The notes under the pieces: model-generated | What the model saw: the letters and a program-made list of their open reading frames with translations, nothing else | The model's database searches: none | What the model was told of the DNA's origin: nothing | In this document: piece by piece, positions 9,758-20,220 of the stretch | Layout: each line of letters opens with the position of its first letter | Position numbering within the stretch: position 1 is the first letter of the stretch | DNA from: an uncultured Clostridia bacterium | GTDB lineage: Bacteria; Bacillota; Clostridia; TANB77; CAG-508 | Assembly (NCBI GenBank): GCA_947589265.1 | Contig: CANQAI010000002.1 | Coordinates: forward strand, 1-57,576 | Reading direction: 5' to 3' | Length of the DNA: 57,576 bases | Translations under genes and position numbers: made by a program

Positions 9758-10342
9758 TTATTTTTTATTTCTAGACTCTAAGATATAGGTAGCTTCTAAA
9801 TCAGCCTCATGAAGTGCAAGAGCTAAAGGATATTTTTCATAAACAGTGCTAATAGTATTATATAATTCCTTTGGCTCTGTAAAGCCCATATGCCAACGAA
9901 TAGCATACATTTCTTCTAAACTTAAATCTATGAACTTAGTAATCATCATAACAGATTTTTCGCCATGTCCATAAGGAATAGTATCATTAACAGTGTAATA
10001 AGGCTCTTTTACCCAAATACCGTCTTCATTTTTCTTATTTCTGTAATCAACAGTATAATAATTTGCTTTACAAAGGTCGTGAAGAAGTGTAATTAAAATA
10101 ATAGTTTCATCACTTGCATTAATAATATTAGAATATGGCTTATGAGATAATTTCTCTTTTAGCAAATTATAAACATTTAAACTGTGCTCTAATAATCCAC
10201 CTTCATAATTTCCATGAAATCTAGTACTTGCAGGAGCTTTAAAAAAATCTGTTTTTTCAATATATGCAATTAATTTATCTATTCCATCTCTATTTACTTG
10301 TTTTAATAATTCTAAAAATTGTTCTTTCATATTAAAATTCAT
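9758..10342 (-). CDS. HD-domain phosphohydrolase
   Basis: RFHGNYEGGLLEHSLNV and LLHDLCK HD-type metal motifs. Confidence 0.7.
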   Translation of the reverse strand: MNFNMKEQFLELLKQVNRDGIDKLIAYIEKTDFFKAPASTRFHGNYEGGLLEHSLNVYNLLKEKLSHKPYSNIINASDETIILITLLHDLCKANYYTVDYRNKKNEDGIWVKEPYYTVNDTIPYGHGEKSVMMITKFIDLSLEEMYAIRWHMGFTEPKELYNTISTVYEKYPLALALHEADLEATYILESRNKK

Positions 10343-10697
10343 TCCCTTCTTGATATTAGTTATGAAAAATTATTTTTTTTCTAATATTTTATTTTCTAAG
10401 TATATCATAACTTAAATTAAAAGTATACATTATATATTACAAATCATTATATGAAATATGTCGAAATTTGTCATACGATTTTTGTTGAATAAAAAAACAA
10501 GTTCTGCTATAATTCCTTTAATGTTAATTCTAAATTAGTATAAGTTTTATCAAAATATTTGTTATCAAAAAAAGTTTTATCTGCAATTAGCAAAAAGAAG
10601 CAAATTTTAATTGACCAATTAACCATTTTATAGTATTATAAAAGAAACTTATGGAAAGAATATGCTTTTTTATAGCATATTATATGAGGAAATTAAA

Positions 10698-11465
10698 ATG
10701 AGAATACTAACAGTAGGTGACATTGTAGGAGAAAATGGTTTAGATAAATTAAAACAAATACTTCCAAAACTTAAAGAAGAAATGAAAATAGACTTTATAG
10801 TGGTAAATGCAGAAAACGTGTCTGGAGGAATGGGCGTAAGCATAAAATCGTGGGACGACTTATTAAAACTTCCAATAGACTGTTTTACAATGGGAAATCA
10901 CACTTGGGCTAAAAAAGACATCTTTACTTTTATAGACCATCCAAAATTAATAAGGCCAGCCAACTATTCAAAAGGAGTTCAAGGAAAAGGCTTTAATATA
11001 TATAAATGCAATAATAAAAAAGTAGCTGTTATTAATTTAATAGGCAGAACAGATATGACAATTCTTTCTGAAAATCCATTTACAGTAGTGGATGAAATTA
11101 TATCTAAAATTGATGCAGATGTTATTATAGTAGACTTTCATGCAGAAGCAACTGCAGAAAAAATAGCCATGAAATATTTTCTAGATGGAAAAGTAAACAT
11201 ATTAGTAGGTACACATACACATGTACAAACAGCAGACGAAGAAATTACAGAAAATGGAATGGGATATATTACAGACTTAGGAATGACAGGTCCTAAAAGA
11301 TCTGTTATAGGTATGGATGCAGAAGTATCTATTAAAAGATTTCTAACATCACTTCCAGAAAGATATAAGCTAGCAGATGGTGAATGCATATTCAATGGCT
11401 GTATATTTGATTTAAATGACGAAAATTGTAAAACAGAGAAGATTGAAAGACTTTACATTAAATAA
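10698..11465 (+). CDS. ymdB: YmdB-family metallophosphoesterase (2',3'-cyclic-nucleotide phosphodiesterase)
   Basis: MRILTVGDIVG, VNAEN, GNHTW, DFHAEATAEK motifs; followed by spoVS as in other Firmicutes. Confidence 0.88.
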   Translation: MRILTVGDIVGENGLDKLKQILPKLKEEMKIDFIVVNAENVSGGMGVSIKSWDDLLKLPIDCFTMGNHTWAKKDIFTFIDHPKLIRPANYSKGVQGKGFNIYKCNNKKVAVINLIGRTDMTILSENPFTVVDEIISKIDADVIIVDFHAEATAEKIAMKYFLDGKVNILVGTHTHVQTADEEITENGMGYITDLGMTGPKRSVIGMDAEVSIKRFLTSLPERYKLADGECIFNGCIFDLNDENCKTEKIERLYIK

Positions 11466-11598
11466 TTGACAAATATTGTAAAAAAGAGCCGATAAAAATT
11501 TCCACTTTTTTCCAAAAACTACTAGACAAATTTTAAAATATATATTATAACTAATATTGTTCGCGAAACAAAAAAATTTAAAATTATAGGAGGCAAAA

Positions 11599-11862
11599 AT
11601 GGAAGTTTTAAAAATCTCATCAAAGTCAAATCCAAATTCAGTAGCAGGAGCGATTGCTGGTTTGGTAAAAGAATCAAGTAAGGCAGAAATGCAAGCAATT
11701 GGAGCAGGAGCATTAAATCAAGCAGTAAAAGCTATTGCAATAGCAAGAGGATTCGTAGCACCAGCAGGGGTGGACTTAGTATGTATACCAGCCTTTGCAG
11801 AAGTAGAGGTAGAAGGCGAAGACAGAACAGGGATTAAGTTAATTGTAGAAAGCAGAAAATAA
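11599..11862 (+). CDS. spoVS: stage V sporulation protein S
   Basis: MEVLKISSKSNPNSVAGAIAG... is a near-canonical SpoVS sequence. Confidence 0.93.
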   Translation: MEVLKISSKSNPNSVAGAIAGLVKESSKAEMQAIGAGALNQAVKAIAIARGFVAPAGVDLVCIPAFAEVEVEGEDRTGIKLIVESRK

Positions 11863-11994
11863 TCGGATTTCTAAATTATTATTTAATATATGGGGCACAA
11901 AAATAGGGGAATTACTATTTTTGTGCTTTTTTTGTAAATTTATGTATGGATAATTGAAAAAAGTAACAATATATTATATGATATCAAAAAAGGA

Positions 11995-13573
11995 ATGATA
12001 ATAATAATGAAAAATATAATACCTAAAATAATAATAACTATATTAATAATTTTTATTATATTAGTAGCCCTTTATTTTATTACTGAAAAGAAAAACTTAA
12101 AACAAACTGAGGAAGGCTTAAACATTACTTACCAAACAATAAATATGGTTACTAATATTAGATTTGGAATTTCTGATTTTGATACAGTTAATCCATACAT
12201 TACTCAAAATAGAGAAATGCTTTACATAGATAGCTTAATATTTGAACCATTGCTAAGTATTTCACAAGATTATAGCTTAAATGAGTGTTTAGCAAAAGAA
12301 TGGTCAAAGGTTGATGCTAAAAGTTATGTAATTAAACTAAAAGAAAATGTAAAATGGTCTAATGGAAAAAACTTAACGGCTACTAATATAAAAGATTCAG
12401 TTCAAACAATTCAAAAAAATAAAGACTCTATTTATTATGAAAATGTAAAAGACATTAAAAACGTAGAAGTTATTGATACTAATACTATTCGTATACAACT
12501 AAACAAAGAAATTCCATTTTTTGAATACAACTTAATTTTTCCAATAGTTTTAACTGATAAAGATAATATTATTGGAACAGGAAAATATAAAATTAGCAGT
12601 ATTCAAGAAAAGAAAATAGAACTTACTAAAAATGAAACCTGGCATAAAATAGAAAGCGAAAATCCAAATATAAAGACTATTACTATTAATTTATACAAAA
12701 CTATGGGAGAAGTATATAATGCATTTAAGTTAGGAAGCATAGACTTTTTGCATACTACAAATGCAAATGTAGAAGAATATATTGGAACAATGGGGTATGG
12801 AAAAGCTGTGTATCCAAATAGAGAATATGACTATTTGGCATTAAACTGCAAAGATACAATACTTAAATATGTAGAAGTAAGAAAGGCAATTAGCTTAATA
12901 ATAGATAAAGAAAAAATAGTAAGTTCTATTTTAGAAAACAGAGCATATACAGCACAATTCCAATTACAAGATAATAACTACTTATTAAAAGATGTATCTA
13001 TTTCTAATGTTACAGATACAGAAGAGGCTAAAAAATTATTAGAAGATAACCGGCTGGAGCTATGAATATGGTCTTTGGCAAAAAGAAATAGATGGAAGAA
13101 CAAGAACACTAAATATTACGCTATCTGTTAGTAAAGATGATAAAAACCGAGTAAAAGTAGCAGAAGAAATAAAAAGTGAATTAGAAGCTGTAGGAATAAA
13201 AGTTTCTATAGAAAAGATATCAGATAGTAAATATAAAAGTTATTTAAAAAACTATAATTATGAAATGCTTTTAACAGGAATATATACTTCACTTTCACCA
13301 GACTTAAGCAATTTTTTAGGAGAAAATAATTTGGCAAACTATGAAAATGAAGAAATAACATATATACTAAAAGAATTAAATAGCATTACAGACGAAAATC
13401 TTCAAAAAGAAAAATATAAAAAAATAATTGAAATATATCAAAAAGAAGTGCCATATATAGGCTTATATAGAAATCAAGATATAGTAGTATACAGCAATGA
13501 ATTCAGAGGAGATGTTACACCAAATACTTATAGCTTGTACTATAACTTTTCTAATTGGTATAGAGAATATTAG
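11995..13573 (+). pseudogene. family-5 (peptide/nickel) ABC substrate-binding protein, interrupted by +1 frame break at in-frame CGG 13051
   Basis: ORFs 11995-13065 and (13052)-13573 are N- and C-terminal parts of one SBP; reading GGC TGG from 13052 gives ...LEDN-GWSYEYGLWQKE... Confidence 0.8.
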
Positions 13574-13610
13574 TTATAATTTACAAATATTTATAATTAA
13601 ATTAAAGTTC

Positions 13611-13720
13611 TTGCATAGTATAGTTTTTTTGCTTTTCAAATGCCCATTGCTAGTCAAGCAAATTCGAAGAAGAACGTCAGAACATGACCTTTCAAAACTG
13701 TAAAAACTAGTACTATGCAA
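13611..13720 (+). repeat. structured intergenic repeat, copy B (divergent)
   Basis: shares core TTTTCAAATGCCC(A)TTGC ... CAGAAC(AT)GACCT(T)TCAAAACTG with copies A and C; outer stem differs (ttgcatagta/tactatgcaa) but stays complementary. Confidence 0.7.
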
Positions 13721-13775
13721 TTATATATAAAACAATTAACTAGTAATACAAATATTAAAAAATTTTAAAAAATAC

Positions 13776-13803
13776 TTGACAATATTTTTAAATAAGATAT
13801 AAT
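13776..13803 (+). promoter_or_regulatory. recA promoter
   Basis: TTGACA, 16-nt spacer, TATAAT. Confidence 0.55.
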
Positions 13804-13807
13804 AAAC

Positions 13808-13823
13808 ACAAACATACGTTTAC
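13808..13823 (+). promoter_or_regulatory. possible LexA (Cheo-box-like) operator
   Basis: AAAC-ATAC-GTTT palindrome just downstream of the -10, resembling Gram-positive GAAC-N4-GTTC. Confidence 0.35.
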
Positions 13824-13880
13824 ACAAAAAATATAAAAATAAATAAACACAATGAACAAACAAATAGGAGGAAAAAAACA

Positions 13881-14960
13881 ATGAGTAATGAAAATTCAGA
13901 AAAAATGAAAGCATTAGAGGCAGCACTTGGTCAAATTGAAAAACAATTTGGTAAAGGTTCTGTTATGAAATTAGGTGATTTTACAGCAATGAATGTAGAA
14001 GCAATTCCAACAGGAGCTTTAAGTTTAGATATTGCATTAGGAATAGGAGGTATTCCTAGAGGAAGAATTATAGAAATATTTGGACCAGAATCTTCTGGAA
14101 AAACTACAATAGCACTTCACATGATAGCAGAAGCACAAAAATTAGGAGGAGAAGCAGCATTTATAGATGCAGAACACGCATTAGATCCAGTATATGCAAA
14201 ACACCTAGGAGTTGATATAGATAACTTAATTGTATCTCAACCAGATACAGGAGAACAAGCACTAGAAATAGCAGAAGCTTTAGTTAGAAGTGGAGCTTTA
14301 GATATAATTGTTGTAGACTCAGTAGCAGCCCTAACCCCAAAAGCTGAAATTGATGGAGATATGGGAGATAGCCATGTTGGTTTACAAGCAAGATTAATGT
14401 CACAAGCATTAAGAAAACTAGCAGGTGTAATTAATAAATCAAAATGTGTTATAGTATTTATTAACCAATTAAGAGAAAAAGTTGGAGTTATGTTTGGAAA
14501 TCCAGAAACAACTCCAGGAGGTAGAGCACTAAAGTTCTATGCTTCTGTTAGATTAGACATTAGAAGAATTGAAAGCATAAAACAAGATGGAGAAGTTATA
14601 GGTAACCGTACAAGAGTAAAAGTTGTTAAAAATAAAGTAGCTCCACCATTTAGAGAAGCAGAATTTGATATTATATATGGTAAAGGTGTATCAAAAGAAG
14701 GAAATATTCTAGATATAGCAGTTAACTTAGATATTATTGAAAAAAGTGGTTCTTGGTTTAGCTATAATGGTGAAAGAATTGGACAAGGTAGAGAAAATGC
14801 AAAAGACTACTTAATGCAAAATCCTAAAGTAGCAGAAGAAGTAGAAAAGAAAATTAGAGAAAATTATGCTGCAGCATTTGAAAAAAGCCTAGGTGACGAT
14901 GATGATGAACAACAAGAAACAGAACCAGATGAAGAAATAGAGTCAGAAGATGAAGAATAA
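13881..14960 (+). CDS. recA: recombinase RecA
   Basis: GPESSGKTT Walker A and canonical RecA sequence throughout; acidic tail. Confidence 0.98.
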   Translation: MSNENSEKMKALEAALGQIEKQFGKGSVMKLGDFTAMNVEAIPTGALSLDIALGIGGIPRGRIIEIFGPESSGKTTIALHMIAEAQKLGGEAAFIDAEHALDPVYAKHLGVDIDNLIVSQPDTGEQALEIAEALVRSGALDIIVVDSVAALTPKAEIDGDMGDSHVGLQARLMSQALRKLAGVINKSKCVIVFINQLREKVGVMFGNPETTPGGRALKFYASVRLDIRRIESIKQDGEVIGNRTRVKVVKNKVAPPFREAEFDIIYGKGVSKEGNILDIAVNLDIIEKSGSWFSYNGERIGQGRENAKDYLMQNPKVAEEVEKKIRENYAAAFEKSLGDDDDEQQETEPDEEIESEDEE

Positions 14961-14997
14961 ATTTAACAAAAACAATATAAGGAGAAAAACTTAATCT

Positions 14998-15606
14998 ATG
15001 AAAACTTTTGAAGACTTTCTTGAAAAGCACCCTGAAGTAAAATATACACAAAATAATATAAATAACACAAAAACTAAAATAAATACTTCAAAAAACAATA
15101 TACAAAACACCAAAAGAAACATAAAGCACACAAACAGCAATAGCAAAAATGAAAAAATAGAAGAATTTGACAAATTAAAAACTAAAGTTTTAAAATATGT
15201 TTTGTATAAAAAAAGAACAGAACAAGAAATAAAGCAAAAGTTTTCTTCAGAAATAGACGAAAATTTATTAGAAGACATTATACAAGACTTAAAAGAAAAT
15301 GGATACATAAGTGATACAAGTTATATACAAAGAGCAGTAAATGAATTTATGGCAATAAAAACTCTTTCCATAAAAGAAATATATATGAAACTGTATGCAA
15401 AGGGTATTAGCAGTAATACAATTGAAGAATATTTTAATGAAAATCAAGAAATATTAGAACAATATGAAATATCTTGTGCAAAAAAAATAATCTTAAAAAA
15501 GAGTTCTCAAATGGAAGAAGAAGAAATAAAAAATTTCTTATATAAAAAAGGCTATAAATCAGAAAATATTAAAATTGCATTTGAAGAAGAAGGAGATAAA
15601 AAATAA
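14998..15606 (+). CDS. recX: RecX-family regulator with Asn/Lys-rich N-terminal extension
   Basis: position directly after recA; C-terminal three-helix repeat pattern typical of RecX. Confidence 0.65.
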   Translation: MKTFEDFLEKHPEVKYTQNNINNTKTKINTSKNNIQNTKRNIKHTNSNSKNEKIEEFDKLKTKVLKYVLYKKRTEQEIKQKFSSEIDENLLEDIIQDLKENGYISDTSYIQRAVNEFMAIKTLSIKEIYMKLYAKGISSNTIEEYFNENQEILEQYEISCAKKIILKKSSQMEEEEIKNFLYKKGYKSENIKIAFEEEGDKK

Positions 15607-16358
15607 TGCCAAACCTATTAACATTAGAAACTAGCAAATACAACGTAAAAATAAACAATTTTGAAGGACCACTAGACTTATTATGCTATTTAATAGACAA
15701 AAACAAAATAGACATTTGTGATATTAAAATCAGTGAAATTACAGACCAATATATTAGCTACTTAAATGAAATGGAAGAATTAAATTTAGAAATTGCAAGT
15801 GAATTTTTAGTAATGGCATCAACACTTCTTTACTTAAAATCTAGAACCCTTCTCCCAAATGTAGTAGAAGAAGAAAAAGAACTTACAGAAGAAGAACTAC
15901 TAAGAAGAATTATAGAATACAAAAAATATAAAGAAATAACACAAAAATTAAAAGAATTTATGCTTCAAAATGAAAAGAAGATATTCAAAAACCCAGAAAT
16001 AATAGAATTACCAAAACAGAAATTAGAAGAAAACTATACAAAAGAACAAATCTCACAAATTTATAAAAACCTAATAGAAAGAAATTCACAAAAAATAAAT
16101 CAAAATGCAAAAAACATTGAACAAATAGCAATCACAGATACATACACAGTAGAAAGCAAAGTAAAAGTAATGTTTAAAGAATTAATTAGAAAGAAGAAAT
16201 TTATTTTTAATAAGCTTTTCTCACTAAAAAAATGCAATAATCAAGAAGTGGTTACAGCTTTTACTGGACTTTTAGAATTATCTAGAAGAAGCAAAGTAAT
16301 AACAAATCAACAAAAACTTTTTGGAGATATTACTGTAGAAAAGGCAAAAAGAGCATAA
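15606..16358 (+). CDS. scpA: segregation and condensation protein A
   Basis: FEGPLDLLCYLIDKNKIDICDIKISEITDQYISYL matches the ScpA N-terminus. Confidence 0.88.
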   Translation: MPNLLTLETSKYNVKINNFEGPLDLLCYLIDKNKIDICDIKISEITDQYISYLNEMEELNLEIASEFLVMASTLLYLKSRTLLPNVVEEEKELTEEELLRRIIEYKKYKEITQKLKEFMLQNEKKIFKNPEIIELPKQKLEENYTKEQISQIYKNLIERNSQKINQNAKNIEQIAITDTYTVESKVKVMFKELIRKKKFIFNKLFSLKKCNNQEVVTAFTGLLELSRRSKVITNQQKLFGDITVEKAKRA

Positions 16359-16474
16359 ACACAAAAAATAAAACTATAAAACAATATAAAAGTATAAAAC
16401 AACATAAAAATGTTTAAAATTTCTAAAAATGGAAAAACTAATATCAAATAACTTCATCATAAAAGGAGGTTATA

Positions 16475-17101
16475 ATGTTATTAGTTTTTATTTTGCTTGG
16501 AATTATTTCAATTATATTGCTTTTGTTATTCTTAATACTTATTTCAACTCTAAAAATAGAAATACAAGACTTAAAACTAAGTAATATGAAAAATGACAAA
16601 AAAGCAAGTTATATTATAAAAATTTCACTTAATTTATTTAATAATATTAAATGGTTATGGATTTCTTTAAATAATAAAAAAGTAAAAAAATTAATTTCTA
16701 AAATACCAAAAATAGATATTAAAACAATTGAAAATGATTTTAAATTAAAAGACATTAAAACATTAAAAAAATTGCACTTAAAAATTTCTAAGCTAAAATT
16801 AGACGCAATACTTGGACTAGAAAGCCCAGTAACAACAGCATTCTTAATAGCAATCTTATCATCTGGTATAAGTATAGCAATTCCACACTTAATAAAAAAA
16901 TGGGATAAAGAAAGCTATAAATATAATATTCAGCCAATATATAATAACCAAAATTTATACAAAATTAGCTTAAATTGTATAATTGAACTAAAAGTTGTAC
17001 ATATTATAAATGTAATATATATTTTAGTAAAGAAAGGAAAGCGTGATAAAAATGAGCGAACCACATCCAATAGAAAACCTTATGCTTACAGCAATGAATA
17101 G
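16475..17101 (+). CDS. DUF2953/YtfI-like sporulation membrane protein
   Basis: N-terminal TM helix and position upstream of ytfJ/gerW; family call is tentative. Confidence 0.45.
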   Translation: MLLVFILLGIISIILLLLFLILISTLKIEIQDLKLSNMKNDKKASYIIKISLNLFNNIKWLWISLNNKKVKKLISKIPKIDIKTIENDFKLKDIKTLKKLHLKISKLKLDAILGLESPVTTAFLIAILSSGISIAIPHLIKKWDKESYKYNIQPIYNNQNLYKISLNCIIELKVVHIINVIYILVKKGKRDKNERTTSNRKPYAYSNE

Positions 17102-17675
17102 CATTGAAGATATGGTAGATGTAAATACCATTATAGGAGAGCCAATTGAAACAAGCAATAATATTGTTATTATACCAATTTCAAAAGTAGGATTTGGCTT
17201 TGCAGCAGGTGGTAGTGAATTTAAAGGAGAAACAATAGATGAATATAGTAGAAAAGATAAAGAAGAGGAAATACAATACCGCTTGCCATTTGGAGGAGGA
17301 AGTGGAGCAGGTGTATCAATTTCTCCAGTGGCATTTTTAGTAGTTCAGCAAAATAATGTAAAACTACTTCCAGTAGAGCATTGTTCATGTATAGATAGAC
17401 TATTAGATTATGTGCCAGATTTAATGGAAAAAATGAATAGCTATTTAAACAAAACAATGCAAAATAAAAAAGAAGAAAAGAAAGAAGAACTAAAAAGCAA
17501 AGAAAAAGCCAGAAAAGAATTTAAAGAAACTTTAGAAGATATTGCAGAAAATGCCAATAATACTATAATAGCAAAAACAAAACCAAAAAGAAATAAAATT
17601 CCAAGAGAACCGGAATATGACTATGAATATAACGAAGTAGAAGATGAAGACGATGACGAAGACTATGATGAATAA
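17052..17675 (+). CDS. ytfJ: GerW/YtfJ-family sporulation protein with acidic C-terminal extension
   Basis: IIGEPIETSNNIVIIPISKVGFGFAAGGSEF and LPFGGGSGAGVSISPVAFLVV motifs. Confidence 0.8.
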   Translation: MSEPHPIENLMLTAMNSIEDMVDVNTIIGEPIETSNNIVIIPISKVGFGFAAGGSEFKGETIDEYSRKDKEEEIQYRLPFGGGSGAGVSISPVAFLVVQQNNVKLLPVEHCSCIDRLLDYVPDLMEKMNSYLNKTMQNKKEEKKEELKSKEKARKEFKETLEDIAENANNTIIAKTKPKRNKIPREPEYDYEYNEVEDEDDDEDYDE

Positions 17676-18002
17676 AAAAATAATAGAGTTTTATATTTTA
17701 AATCAAAATAATTAAAAAACTCTATTCTTTGAAAGATGCATATAAAACTATTTTGCATCTTTTTTTGTTGGTGGAAAATATTCTATAATATCCTCTATCT
17801 TATAATTTTAAATTCACTTCACCCCATTTATCCATGGTATCACCTCTAAAAAAATAATATCATAAAAGGTATCTCTTTTGTAATTAGCAATATACATAGT
17901 AGGTATAAACATACGATTTTTTAAAAAAATTAAAATTTTATTAAAAATATATTAATTATAAATATTATATGATATACTACCAATAAAGAAAGGGGAAAAG
18001 CA

Positions 18003-20216
18003 ATGTTAAAATTAGAAAACGTATCAAAATTTTATTATAACAAAGGCATTATTGCATCAGGTTTTACAAAAGTAAACCTAGAACTAAAAATTGGAGAATT
18101 TGTTGTAATAACTGGTGAATCAGGAAGTGGAAAAAGCACACTTTTAAATGTAATATCTGGGTTAGATAGCTATGAAGAAGGCGAAATGTACATAAATGGC
18201 AAAGAAACAAGCCATTACACAGAAAAAGATTTTGAAGATTATAGAAGAAAATACATAGCAAACATATTTCAAAGTTTTAATTTAATTAATAGTTATACAG
18301 TTTATCAAAATGTAGAACTTGTATTATTGCTTAATGGATATAAAAAGCATGAAGTTAAGAAAAAAGTATTAGACATGATTGATAAAGTAGGACTTACAAA
18401 ATTTAAAAATACAAAAGTATCTAAATTATCTGGTGGGCAAAAACAAAGAGTAGCAATAGCAAGAGCTATGGTAAAAGAAACTCCTATTATTGTTGCAGAT
18501 GAGCCAACTGGAAATTTAGACTCTAAGTCTGCAAGTGAAATCATAGAAATATTAAAAAATATTGCAAAAGACAAGCTTGTTATAATTGTAACACACAATA
18601 TAGAGCAAGTAGAACAATATGCAACAAGAATTATAAAAATGAATGATGGCAGAATAATTGAAAATACAGAAATAAAGAAAATAGAAAATGAACCTGAGGC
18701 AAAGAAAAGTATATATAACAATATAAGCATATTTAATAAATACAGGCTTGGAATTAGAAATACCTTTAATATAAAAACAAAATTCTTATTACTTTTTGCA
18801 GTATTTCTTTTTATGAGCACAGCCATTTTAGCAGAATATGCAAGCTTTCAAATGTCAGAAGTAGAAAGCTTAGACGAAGGCTATAGCCTAACCTTTAGAG
18901 ACCTATCTGAAAATAGAATTTTAATTAATAAGAAAAGTAGAAAATCATTCACAAATGATGATTATGAAAAAATAAAGCAGTTATCTAATGTAGATTATAT
19001 AGTTGAAGACGATATATTTTTAGATAGTGGAATAATGTTAACTAGAAACGAAATGAGCTTGTATGGAAATTTACTTAATATAGATACATTAAAAGGTAAT
19101 ATCGATGCAGGTAGAATGCCAAAAAGCGAAAATGAAATAGTTATAAAAATAAGAAAAGATTACTATGCTAAAGATAAAACAAATGAAATGCTAAATAAAA
19201 CATTTTCAGTAATGAAATCTGCAGGAATAAATGGCTATACTAATGAAAAAACAAAAGATTTAGTAATTGTAGGAATGCAATATTATACTGATGAAGAAAA
19301 AAATACTTATGATATTAAAATTTATGCTAAGAAAAGCGTATTAGATGAATTAAGAGTAGATATAAATAAAAATTATAGTACGCTTAAGCTATTATTTAAC
19401 GGCAAATATCAACAATATACAGTAGAGCCAAACGACAAAGTAAAAAAAGGAAAAGCAATAGTAGATAATGACTTTAAGTATGAATTTAAAAATTATGCAA
19501 TATTAAATAAACCTGTAAAAGTGCAAGTTAGCAACATTTATTATAAAGATGAACTAAATTTAACTATATCTAATACATATAATGAATATAACTTTAAAAG
19601 ACTAACAGGTCTTGAAAAATATGATAACAATAGATACAGAATATTTGTAAATACAGATGACTACAATTCACTTTATAACAAGCCATCTTACCAATCAAGC
19701 GTATTTGTAAAAGATGTAGATAATATAGAAGAAACAATTAGTCAGCTTGAAAACTTGGGCCTTACTGCTAAAAAAGTAACAGATTTTAAGGTAAGCGATT
19801 GGGGAGCATATTCTCAAGTAATAAAAATTATAAAAGTAGTTGTAACAATTGCTCTTATTATAGTACTATTCTTTATTTCTTATTTAATTATAAGAATAAT
19901 ATTGAAATCAAGAAACATATATTACACAACTTTAAGAATGCTTGGTGCTACATACAAAAATGTAAGAAGAATACTAGATATAGAGTTATTTACAAACTCA
20001 ACAATTTCATATTTATTCTTAATGCTATTTATTTATTTGGTAAAAACAAATGTAATAGCACTAGAATACATAGCAAAACTTGTAAGCTTTTTAAGTATAA
20101 AAGAATATGTGCTTATGTATATAATACTAATTGTAATTTCAAGATTAATATCAATAAAATTTGCAAGAAAACTATTTAAAAATACAGCAATAAATACATA
20201 CAATGAGGAGGTGTAA
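18003..20216 (+). CDS. fused ABC ATPase / FtsX-type permease
   Basis: GESGSGKSTLLN Walker A, LSGGQKQRVAIARA signature, large extracytoplasmic region, C-terminal FtsX-like TM bundle. Confidence 0.85.
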   Translation: MLKLENVSKFYYNKGIIASGFTKVNLELKIGEFVVITGESGSGKSTLLNVISGLDSYEEGEMYINGKETSHYTEKDFEDYRRKYIANIFQSFNLINSYTVYQNVELVLLLNGYKKHEVKKKVLDMIDKVGLTKFKNTKVSKLSGGQKQRVAIARAMVKETPIIVADEPTGNLDSKSASEIIEILKNIAKDKLVIIVTHNIEQVEQYATRIIKMNDGRIIENTEIKKIENEPEAKKSIYNNISIFNKYRLGIRNTFNIKTKFLLLFAVFLFMSTAILAEYASFQMSEVESLDEGYSLTFRDLSENRILINKKSRKSFTNDDYEKIKQLSNVDYIVEDDIFLDSGIMLTRNEMSLYGNLLNIDTLKGNIDAGRMPKSENEIVIKIRKDYYAKDKTNEMLNKTFSVMKSAGINGYTNEKTKDLVIVGMQYYTDEEKNTYDIKIYAKKSVLDELRVDINKNYSTLKLLFNGKYQQYTVEPNDKVKKGKAIVDNDFKYEFKNYAILNKPVKVQVSNIYYKDELNLTISNTYNEYNFKRLTGLEKYDNNRYRIFVNTDDYNSLYNKPSYQSSVFVKDVDNIEETISQLENLGLTAKKVTDFKVSDWGAYSQVIKIIKVVVTIALIIVLFFISYLIIRIILKSRNIYYTTLRMLGATYKNVRRILDIELFTNSTISYLFLMLFIYLVKTNVIALEYIAKLVSFLSIKEYVLMYIILIVISRLISIKFARKLFKNTAINTYNEEV

Positions 20217-20220
20217 TAAT

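Noticed and set aside
16359-16474. Missing scpB after scpA
   Set aside because: The 116-nt gap cannot hold a gene, and scpB may simply lie elsewhere. This cannot be assessed from one window.
19799-20179. 126-aa + strand ORF in an alternative frame within the ABC permease gene
   Set aside because: It overlaps the conserved FtsX TM region entirely, its composition is Asn/Lys/Tyr/Cys-rich, and it shows no start signal.
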